The notes under the pieces are model-generated. The model was given only the letters and a program-made list of their open reading frames with translations. It ran no database searches and was not told the origin of the DNA. A DNA stretch of 32,000 bases from a virus. Shown one piece after another: positions 14,266 through 21,311 of the stretch (the first letter of the stretch is position 1; each line of letters starts with the position of its first letter). Location of the stretch: positions 60,001 to 92,000 of the IMG/VR virus record IMGVR_UViG_3300035670_013237. The stretch is one strand, 5' to 3'. A program made the translations under genes and the position numbers.

Positions 14266-15831
14266 TTATTGGTTTTCGTACCAAGACACTGACACTGCGG
14301 CGTTATCAAGATCATTAGACACGCGCTGCGCTGTGAAGGTGAGAGTCTCGCCTGTTGCCACGAAGAAATTTTCGTCCTGGAGCTTCAGGGTCAACGACTC
14401 ATTCGCAGCGATGATTAGAGACTTTAACAGTTGCGTCTTGCCAGAGATTGAAGAAATTGATGTGGCTGCTGTGTCATACGAGGCTATTGATCTTGTTGAG
14501 TCCACATGCTGAAAATTGACTGGACCACCAAGTCCCATATTTTTGTAGATGAAGATCTTGAGGAGCTTGCCTGCAGCTGAGCTGCCTGAGTCATTCGCGA
14601 CTGATAGATTAAATGGGTCAATCTCACCGTAGCAGCTCTGGCCGTTGAAGACAGTGTTCGCACGAATCGTCAAGATCGGTACCTCTGTTGCTGAAATCGC
14701 CGACTTGACGGCTGAGATTGAGAATGCAGTCCCGATGTTTTTAGTGATCAGGCCCTCGTTGAAGGTGCTCGCCGAAGCGCCCTTGACTGTCACGCTGCTT
14801 GCTAACGACCCACTGTTGTAGGCACCCCACATTGCATACATGCCTGGATTTTGCAGGACCACAGAAGTGCTTGTATTCGCGCGCTCTATCATGTGGCACG
14901 ATACTAAGAGCCCAGTTTGCGGATTTTCTACGCTAAATGTTGGGTTGCCAAACCCAAGGTACTGGTAACCCACGCCATAGATGTTTCCCTTGGTTTTATC
15001 GATCGTGAAGCCAGACGGGCCACTCCCGTCGAGGCTGTCGATATTCCACGATGACTGTGTGATAAAAGTTTGTGTCGGGAGCGTGCCCGCCTGGACCGTC
15101 GCCGTCGTGGCGATCGGGGATGCACCATTTAGGATCGAAAATGTCCCGCCCCGAGGACCAGGGGTCATTGAGGTAAAATACACGGTCCCATCGATGGACT
15201 CAGCGTGCCAGCCTCCGCCCACCTGCGTGTAGTCTGCTTGCGAAATCTGATATGATGTCTGGTTCGCAGAGCCCCCGCCGTTGATCGTGACAGATTTTGT
15301 GCTGCCCTCAAGTGTGACAGTGAGGGTCGCAGCTCCTGCGGGCGGTGAGGTGATCGAGAATGATCTGATTTCTTTTCTGGACGCTTCGCGGTGGAGGATT
15401 CCAAAAGAATTTGAGCCGCTCACTGCGAAGAACATTCCGCACTCATCATTTCCGACGCCCGCGAGCTGCATAGTGTCATCGGCACCTGCTGTAAAAGCCG
15501 CCGTGAGGCGACAGATGCCACCTTGGCCCGCTCTGTACTTGTTACTTCTGGTCAGGCGAATCTGCGAGAAACTGTGATTTTCGGCGCCAGAAGTGCATGA
15601 CATCACTGCGCTTGTTGTGCTGACACCCGCACCCGTGCCGTGTGAGCCTGTGCTCCATAAAATGTTGTTTGTTCCGTAGACAAAAGTTGCCTGCCCTGTG
15701 GGCGTCATCTCCGACACGAGTGCGGTGCCGAATGGACCTTGTGCATTTGCGTTTGTTAGCGAAATGCTCGCTGTCGAGTAGCTCACATTAACATCGACAC
15801 TTTTCTTGGCGAGGGTGGTATAGCCTGACAT
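14266..15831 (-). CDS. beta-rich S/T/G/N-rich protein, probable virion structural protein (capsid or fibre type not resolved)
   Basis: 521-aa ORF with composition typical of jelly-roll or fibre proteins; contains WNIDSLDGSGPSGFTIDKTKGNIYGVGYQYLGFGNPTF. No enzymatic motif. Confidence 0.4.
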   Translation of the reverse strand: MSGYTTLAKKSVDVNVSYSTASISLTNANAQGPFGTALVSEMTPTGQATFVYGTNNILWSTGSHGTGAGVSTTSAVMSCTSGAENHSFSQIRLTRSNKYRAGQGGICRLTAAFTAGADDTMQLAGVGNDECGMFFAVSGSNSFGILHREASRKEIRSFSITSPPAGAATLTVTLEGSTKSVTINGGGSANQTSYQISQADYTQVGGGWHAESIDGTVYFTSMTPGPRGGTFSILNGASPIATTATVQAGTLPTQTFITQSSWNIDSLDGSGPSGFTIDKTKGNIYGVGYQYLGFGNPTFSVENPQTGLLVSCHMIERANTSTSVVLQNPGMYAMWGAYNSGSLASSVTVKGASASTFNEGLITKNIGTAFSISAVKSAISATEVPILTIRANTVFNGQSCYGEIDPFNLSVANDSGSSAAGKLLKIFIYKNMGLGGPVNFQHVDSTRSIASYDTAATSISSISGKTQLLKSLIIAANESLTLKLQDENFFVATGETLTFTAQRVSNDLDNAAVSVSWYENQ

Positions 15832-15849
15832 ACACGAATATGTATTAGC

Positions 15850-16248
15850 ATGTCAATGCACTGGCCCGTGAGTGGAGAACATTTCGTCCCCGCATATCAA
15901 ATTGCGGCGCTGCCCTACCTGTCGTCCAGCATCATCTCGGTGGGCGAGGTGCACGCGCATGAATTTCCCTTCATCACGAAATTCATCAATGTCGCGAATA
16001 AGGGCACAGGCTCGTCCGACGCCATCTGCCTCGCATTTACACAGAGGGGGCTTGAACCTGCGGTGGGTAATTTCATCACCCTAGATCCAGGTGAGACAGT
16101 GCACCATGACGTCAGGACCTCGAAGTTGTTCATTTCATGCTCATCAGGAACCAGTGTGGACTACCAGCTCTTCTGCGGCCTGACGACGATTCCTGTTAAG
16201 AATTTTCTTGTTCTGACAGGGTCAAATGGACATCCGGGTGTGGGTTGA
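15850..16248 (+). CDS. hypothetical beta-rich protein (possible small jelly-roll/cupin-like)
   Basis: 132-aa ORF divergent from the 521-aa gene with only 18 bp between the starts; alternating beta-strand pattern. Confidence 0.45.
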   Translation: MSMHWPVSGEHFVPAYQIAALPYLSSSIISVGEVHAHEFPFITKFINVANKGTGSSDAICLAFTQRGLEPAVGNFITLDPGETVHHDVRTSKLFISCSSGTSVDYQLFCGLTTIPVKNFLVLTGSNGHPGVG

Positions 16249-16275
16249 TTATTTTATTTAGATGAAGGAGCTAAC

Positions 16276-16488
16276 ATGAAGATCACTGTACGACAGCTGC
16301 GTAGAATTATCAAGGAAGAAATTGGAAGAATGGATGTAGGTGGTGACGACCCCAGGGCACTCTTTCATGATCTTAGCCAAGAGGGCCCAGTGTCACAAGA
16401 AGACTTTGAAGCTGCACTGGGATATGAGCCCGACTATGAGGAGCTAGGCCTTGAGGTTGATGCTGATGGTTTAGTGTTTGAACTCTAA
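16276..16488 (+). CDS. small acidic protein, strict member of the N-terminal leader family
   Basis: AAGGAG SD 6 nt before the ATG; starts MKITVRQLRRIIKEEIGRM. Confidence 0.7.
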   Translation: MKITVRQLRRIIKEEIGRMDVGGDDPRALFHDLSQEGPVSQEDFEAALGYEPDYEELGLEVDADGLVFEL

Positions 16489-16507
16489 TAAGCGCAATTG
16501 AGAAAAC

Positions 16508-16527
16508 GGGCCGCTTTTGCGCGGCCC
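16508..16527. terminator. GC-rich hairpin between convergent genes (bidirectional terminator candidate)
   Basis: GGGCCGC-ttttgc-GCGGCCC, flanked by GAGAAAAC on the plus side, which reads GTTTTCTC after the hairpin on the minus strand. Confidence 0.6.
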
Positions 16528-16534
16528 CTTCCAA

Positions 16535-17065
16535 TTAATCTTCTTTCTTTTCACCCGAAGCATACTTAATGCCCATTACGGTGCCAATGATTGAGAAAGA
16601 GTTTGTCAGTAAGATGCCTAGAGTTGAAGTCCAGGCATTGCCAATTACTTCAGTGTCTTTATCTAGAGCGATCGCAGTCACATATAGGGCTGTTGTAATG
16701 AGGCCCACACTAATGACCAATCCGAGTGCGATACCAACCACACGTCTCATCAATTGAAATTGCGTTCTTTTGCGAAGTAAATCTAGGTCTTGCTCTGCGG
16801 CAGCCTTGGCGTCCTCTGCGATGATAAGAGCATTCTTGAGCTTCTCTTGAGTTCTCTCAAGTTCTTTATTCTGCTCTTGAATTTGCTTCATTATTTCAAG
16901 GCGCTTCTTCCTCGTCTCGCTGTCTTTCGAGCTGGCCTCGTTGAGGTACACTTCAAAAGTGTCGTTGTCACTCTCAAGAACTTTCAACACGTTACCCTCA
17001 AGAAAGATTCCTTTCTCTTGAGCCAGATTGATTAGCTCTTGCTGGACTTCACGGGGAAGCTTCAT
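16535..17065 (-). CDS. coiled-coil protein with two C-terminal TM helices (third gene of the two-component operon)
   Basis: ATGA overlap with the receiver gene stop. K/E-rich heptad region, then VVGIALGLVISVGLITTALYVTAIAL and STLGILLTNSFSIIGTVMGI. Confidence 0.7.
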   Translation of the reverse strand: MKLPREVQQELINLAQEKGIFLEGNVLKVLESDNDTFEVYLNEASSKDSETRKKRLEIMKQIQEQNKELERTQEKLKNALIIAEDAKAAAEQDLDLLRKRTQFQLMRRVVGIALGLVISVGLITTALYVTAIALDKDTEVIGNAWTSTLGILLTNSFSIIGTVMGIKYASGEKKED

Positions 17066-17496
17066 GCATAGACCTTGAAGGGCTGGGTCTTTTCTTTGTA
17101 ACCCCTATAATCGCTCTTGAAACTAAGCAGCCTGGGCTCTATCTCATCAGACTTGACAATCCAGAATTGCGCGCCTGCTGAAATGGCTTTGGCAATTTCT
17201 TTTCTGTCTGAAGATGATGAGATGATGCCAATGACCACACCATTTCCATAAATTTCATTGACACGTCGCACGAGCTCAATTCCATCAAACGACGAGCCAA
17301 CAATGTTGAGGTCGACAAAAACGCATTCAGGCTTCTTCGTCTCACCCCGTGTCCATCTCTGGCACAATTCTTCAGCTGCCTCAGATGAATTCACTGTCTG
17401 CAATTGAAGTGTTATATCAAGGATGCTGCACGCATCTTCGAACACGAGGTGAAATAAGTTCTCGTCGTCGACGAGAAGAATAGACTCGATGATCAT
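17062..17496 (-). CDS. stand-alone response-regulator receiver (CheY-like)
   Basis: ATGA overlap with the kinase stop. LLVDDE acidic pocket, VFVDLNI phospho-acceptor context, IISSSS and FWIVKS (conserved Lys). No output domain. Confidence 0.8.
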   Translation of the reverse strand: MIIESILLVDDENLFHLVFEDACSILDITLQLQTVNSSEAAEELCQRWTRGETKKPECVFVDLNIVGSSFDGIELVRRVNEIYGNGVVIGIISSSSDRKEIAKAISAGAQFWIVKSDEIEPRLLSFKSDYRGYKEKTQPFKVYA

Positions 17497-18551
17497 CGCA
17501 ACCTCACTTTGAGCAACGTGCCCAATTCTAGTTTTTCGCACTCAATTGCAAAGCCATGTTCCCGCAAGATGGCGTTGCAGATGTTTAGACCGAGACCAGT
17601 GCCTTTTTCCTTTTGATTGGCTCGTCTAGTATATGGATAGGACATTCGGCTGAAGTCTTCCTGTGACATGCCCCGCCCATTGTCCTGGATCGCCATTGTG
17701 GCAGGATCGTGCATGTAGACCTTGACCCACTTTGTCTCTGAATCGTTGTATTTCAAACCATTCCTGATCAGGTTGTCGACTGCTGTGCAGAAAAGCGACT
17801 CATTGACGGGCAGGGTTATCAGGGGACTCACGACGACTTGGTCGTTATAAGACGTCATTGCCAGGTACGCGTTCAATATCTGCTGGAGATCCTTCTCTTC
17901 TTTCTCAAGGACCTTGTCTTCGCGCACAAGATTCGTGAACTCTTTCACACCCACATACACTTTCTGGGTGTGCTTCAGTCCATCTTTTAGAAGCCTGAGT
18001 GGTATTTCTAGCCTGTACGACTCAATGACATCTGGGCTCAATCTTCGCTCAATTGAAGCTATGCCACGCGGTATATAGGTATTGATTCCGCTGTGCATGT
18101 CATGGCGTAGTATCTTGGCAGCGTACTCAAGGTAGACATTCTTTTGATTGACATCGTTGAACGACTCAACGAGCCTCGTGATGTCCTGTCTAATCGATGA
18201 GAACCCCGTGTGCCTGCCGTTCTCGTCAAATTCAGCCTTAATGTAAGTGTCGACGTGATAGAATTTCCCACACTTTGAGCGATTGGTGACGATTGAGTTC
18301 CAGATCTCACGGTTCTTCACCGTGGTGGTGTACATGTTTCTCCAAAAATCTTTGGAGTGCACACCTGAATTAACGATCTTGTGATCTTTCCCGATGAGCT
18401 CGGGCAGCGTCCACCCTGACACTTCAATAAATTTTTCATTTGCGTAGATGATGCGTCCCTTCGTATCCGTGCGGCTGATCAAGGCTGCTGCGTCAATCAG
18501 GTCGTGTGGAAGAGTCGACAGGGTCATCATAAATGTTTTAGGGTCACTCAA
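17493..18551 (-). CDS. cytoplasmic PAS-domain sensor histidine kinase
   Basis: PAS domain (RIIYANEKFIEVSGWTLPELIGK...GFSSIRQDIT); H-box ILRHDMHSGIN; N-box DNLIRNGLKY; G1 IQDNGRGM; G2 GTGLGLNI. No TM segment. Start is TTG 18551 or ATG 18530. Confidence 0.85.
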   Translation of the reverse strand: MSDPKTFMMTLSTLPHDLIDAAALISRTDTKGRIIYANEKFIEVSGWTLPELIGKDHKIVNSGVHSKDFWRNMYTTTVKNREIWNSIVTNRSKCGKFYHVDTYIKAEFDENGRHTGFSSIRQDITRLVESFNDVNQKNVYLEYAAKILRHDMHSGINTYIPRGIASIERRLSPDVIESYRLEIPLRLLKDGLKHTQKVYVGVKEFTNLVREDKVLEKEEKDLQQILNAYLAMTSYNDQVVVSPLITLPVNESLFCTAVDNLIRNGLKYNDSETKWVKVYMHDPATMAIQDNGRGMSQEDFSRMSYPYTRRANQKEKGTGLGLNICNAILREHGFAIECEKLELGTLLKVRLR

Positions 18552-18596
18552 GTAAATATTTCAAAATTCCTATAACTTTTGCCAAAGGTTGCGAAT

Positions 18597-18854
18597 TCAG
18601 CAAATTAGCTTCACATTCTCATGAGAATAAAAGTAAGCTGTCAAAATTTGCCCGCAGGGCTGCCCAGGCTTTGTGAAAAACAACCTAAAATAAACCAAAA
18701 AATTCCCCCTAGGGTCTTTGGAAGACTTGTGCTCTACGTTGAGTATGAGCGCAGCATTTCCATCAACTACTTCACCAGGGGCTAGAAAGTCTCCAGGCAC
18801 AAGATCTTTTGCAGCCCTCGTCTTTACTTGTTTTTCTTCCAAGGGATCCTCCAT
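18597..18854 (-). CDS. small protein of the PGD/SH3-like paralog family
   Basis: LVPGDFLAPGEVVDGNAALILNV shows the family signature [PVI]-G-[DE]-hydrophobic followed by beta-strand patterning. Confidence 0.5.
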   Translation of the reverse strand: MEDPLEEKQVKTRAAKDLVPGDFLAPGEVVDGNAALILNVEHKSSKDPRGNFLVYFRLFFTKPGQPCGQILTAYFYSHENVKLIC

Positions 18855-19096
18855 TCAAAGCCCGACCACACTGTGGTAGATTCAAAGTCATAGGATATAC
18901 CGTTGCTCCATAAGATGGTGACATCCCAAAGTGGTGTGCCCTCAGAGATGAGCATGCCCTCAAATTCATGGGGAGAGTCGCTGCGCCTGAGACAGACTAC
19001 GAGCCCAAGGTCATCGTCGAAATACTTCGAAAAGACGATCATGCCGGGCACCAACTCCTCTGTCGTTACATCTCTCAAGCGCCTATTCACCGCCAT
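18824..19096 (-). CDS. small protein of the PGD/SH3-like paralog family
   Basis: ELVPGMIVFSKYFDDDLGLVVCLRR...VTILWSNG. Confidence 0.55.
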   Translation of the reverse strand: MAVNRRLRDVTTEELVPGMIVFSKYFDDDLGLVVCLRRSDSPHEFEGMLISEGTPLWDVTILWSNGISYDFESTTVWSGFEWRIPWKKNK

Positions 19097-19098
19097 GA

Positions 19099-19139
19099 TT
19101 GAACTTATCTTGAACTTTTGAGAAGTTCACATTTATGAT
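19099..19139 (+). promoter_or_regulatory. divergent-region promoter TTGAAC-N18-TATGAT overlapped by an operator-like TTGAACTT repeat set
   Basis: TTGAACTT occurs at 19099-19106 and 19110-19117, with the inverted copy AAGTTCA at 19123-19129. The -10 is at 19134-19139, 11 nt before ATG 19151. Confidence 0.45.
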
Positions 19140-19150
19140 ACCCCGGTACC

Positions 19151-19432
19151 ATGAAGAACAAAAACACGATTCTCATAGAGATCGCGATACAGTCGGCTGG
19201 GAGAGTGTTCTCAGGGTTATACTGGGGACGATCAACTCCGCTTGAGAGCATACCTTACCTCATTGAGGAAGAGTGTGATCGACAGATCACATCGGTATTC
19301 AAGTCTGAAGATAAGATCTCAGAAAGAGACGTTCACATGTGCAAAATGTATGCCGTCCAGTATTATAACGAATACATGTCTAGAATTATGACCCATAGAA
19401 TGAATCAAATCGAGAGTGAACAAGATGCCTGA
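19151..19432 (+). CDS. hypothetical protein
   Basis: 93-aa ORF downstream of the promoter. Confidence 0.5.
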   Translation: MKNKNTILIEIAIQSAGRVFSGLYWGRSTPLESIPYLIEEECDRQITSVFKSEDKISERDVHMCKMYAVQYYNEYMSRIMTHRMNQIESEQDA

Positions 19433-20252
19433 GGGACCTGAGCTTGCGATTAGTCGTGACATGCTACGACCTGCGTTGGTCGGGAATCAATTGTTGCACA
19501 TGGGTTTCATGGGACGTTATGCAAATAAGTCCCCTGAGGGTTATCAGGATCTTTCTTTTGATTTGTCCCGATCACCCGCAAATATCGTGGAAGTTGACGT
19601 CAAGGGCAAATTCATGTGGTGGAAACTTTCCATCGCCGGCGAACCTGAGCCTTGGTATGTGTGGTGTACGTACGGCATGACCGGCCAGTGGTCGCGGATC
19701 GCCTCAAAACATACATCAATTATTGCGTATCTAGATAACGAAACGTGCATGTTCTTCAATGACCAACGTCGTTTTGGCACCATTAAATTCATCAAAGGCG
19801 ATAAACTTCACCAAAAGAAACTATCCACCCTCGGACCGTGCATTCTTGGTGGCTCGCTAACACCAGAAATATTTGCAAAAAATATTCTAAAGAAACCCTC
19901 AATCACAATTGCAGAAGCGCTGATGGATCAGGGAGTGATATCGGGGGTGGGTAACTATATCAAGGCAGAATGCCTGTATCGAGCGGGCATATCTCCCTGG
20001 CGGGCAGTGACTGATATTGCTGCTCCTGAATTTGTGAAACTGCACCGTGAAGTGCTTGATGTGGCTCGTGAGTCATATGAGTCCCAAGGCGCAACGATTT
20101 ATACGTACAAGAACGTTGATGAATCTGAAGGGTCAGCGCAGTTCGAATTCCAGGCATATGGTCGCAAAACGTGTCCAAGAGGACACGATATCATAAATGA
20201 ACAAACGCCTGAAGGAAGAACGTCATGGTGGTGCCGGACCTGCCAGAAATAA
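19425..20252 (+). CDS. Fpg/Nei family DNA glycosylase/AP lyase
   Basis: N-terminus MPEGPEL (catalytic Pro2/Glu3), H2TH region (GVGNYIKAECLYRAGISP) and a C-terminal zinc-finger region CPRGH...WWCRTC. ATG 19425 is chosen so that Pro is residue 2. Confidence 0.85.
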   Translation: MPEGPELAISRDMLRPALVGNQLLHMGFMGRYANKSPEGYQDLSFDLSRSPANIVEVDVKGKFMWWKLSIAGEPEPWYVWCTYGMTGQWSRIASKHTSIIAYLDNETCMFFNDQRRFGTIKFIKGDKLHQKKLSTLGPCILGGSLTPEIFAKNILKKPSITIAEALMDQGVISGVGNYIKAECLYRAGISPWRAVTDIAAPEFVKLHREVLDVARESYESQGATIYTYKNVDESEGSAQFEFQAYGRKTCPRGHDIINEQTPEGRTSWWCRTCQK

Positions 20253-20266
20253 ATTACGAGGTTTGA

Positions 20267-20452
20267 ATGTTGCCAGGCGATCTTGTCGTGACTTGGACGA
20301 ACGAGGTGGGATTCTTGATATCAGTTATCCTTGTGTCTGAGGATCCCAACAGGGTGAAAAGGGATTATTACGTACTCACCCGCAGTAAAGTATTGAAACT
20401 TGCCTCGGGGTTGTCGGCAATTCGTAGGATTCAAATTGCCTCAAGGGGTTGA
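20267..20452 (+). CDS. small protein of the PGD/SH3-like paralog family
   Basis: MLPGDLVVTWTNEVGFLISVILV is nearly identical in pattern to MPGDLVYLTWSTCG at 24975. Confidence 0.55.
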   Translation: MLPGDLVVTWTNEVGFLISVILVSEDPNRVKRDYYVLTRSKVLKLASGLSAIRRIQIASRG

Positions 20453-20652
20453 CCGTGAAACCAGGTGACATGTTGTTTCTCAATCGTCAATATCGCGTTG
20501 ATCCTGACAATCCTCAGTTTTTTATTTTGTGTATTTCTGTGGTTGAGGACGAAGTTTGCGTCTTGCAAACATGGTTTAAAGATTCAACCACCAACTTGCA
20601 ATCGACCACTCAAGGGGCTCTTAGCCATTTCTATCACAAAGCTATTACATGA
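20449..20652 (+). CDS. small protein of the PGD/SH3-like paralog family
   Basis: VKPGDMLFLNRQYRV...FFILCISVV. Start is TTG 20449 or GTG 20455, overlapping the upstream stop. Confidence 0.5.
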   Translation: MTVKPGDMLFLNRQYRVDPDNPQFFILCISVVEDEVCVLQTWFKDSTTNLQSTTQGALSHFYHKAIT

Positions 20653-20936
20653 AGCACCCAATTACAGGAGCACTCATTGCGTTCAATTGTCCCATGAGTC
20701 TCTTGTCACCCCATGACATGGAAACTATCGAGCGTTCAGGATATGAAGATGAGTTTCAGTTGACTGAACCCAGTTTCATTTGCAGCGAAAAAGACGTAGG
20801 GTTGCTGATTGACAAAAAAGTTGCACGATCACTGTACAGTGCAAGTCAATCAATATATTACAACATACTGTTTGCCCGAGGATCAGGGTGGATTAATTCT
20901 CAATGGGTTCGTCATCCTTATTGTAAAGTCTTATGA
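20649..20936 (+). CDS. small hypothetical protein (shares a C-terminal GW.N..W motif with the next gene)
   Basis: ATGA overlap; C-terminus SGWINSQWVRH. Confidence 0.5.
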   Translation: MKHPITGALIAFNCPMSLLSPHDMETIERSGYEDEFQLTEPSFICSEKDVGLLIDKKVARSLYSASQSIYYNILFARGSGWINSQWVRHPYCKVL

Positions 20937-21268
20937 AGAAATCGTTCAACGTTGGTGACATGGTCTGCATAGATCAATCTACTGACATTTTAACGAGCGC
21001 CCTCCTGGGCTCTGACAGTTTGGTCCTATTAGATGATGGTCAGGTCACCATACTCCAGGGTGGTGGAAGTATCCACGTGCCCATGAAGGATACCTCACCT
21101 AGCATGTACAAATCTGACATCGCTGTGATCATCCAGTGCATTTCTTTCATTAAAGAAGTCAAGACGGTGAATAAAAGAATCCCCTCGTACGAAGTGGGAT
21201 TCAGTAAACTCCTGACCCCACAGGGGATCGGGTGGTGCAACAATAGTTGGTTAAGATTGGTCGACTGA
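20933..21268 (+). CDS. small protein of the PGD/SH3-like family with a C-terminal GW.N..W motif
   Basis: ATGA overlap; FNVGDMVCID near the N-terminus; C-terminus IGWCNNSWLRLV. Confidence 0.55.
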   Translation: MKKSFNVGDMVCIDQSTDILTSALLGSDSLVLLDDGQVTILQGGGSIHVPMKDTSPSMYKSDIAVIIQCISFIKEVKTVNKRIPSYEVGFSKLLTPQGIGWCNNSWLRLVD

Positions 21269-21269
21269 G

Positions 21270-21298
21270 TGCAAATTTTTCGTTGATTATGTTATCAT
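21270..21298 (+). promoter_or_regulatory. sigma70-like promoter TGCAAA-N17-(TGt)TATCAT upstream of uvdE
   Basis: Same hexamers as the pol X promoter. ATG 21312 follows 13 nt later and a GAGGTG SD lies in between. Confidence 0.5.
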
Positions 21299-21311
21299 GA
21301 CCATGAGGTGA

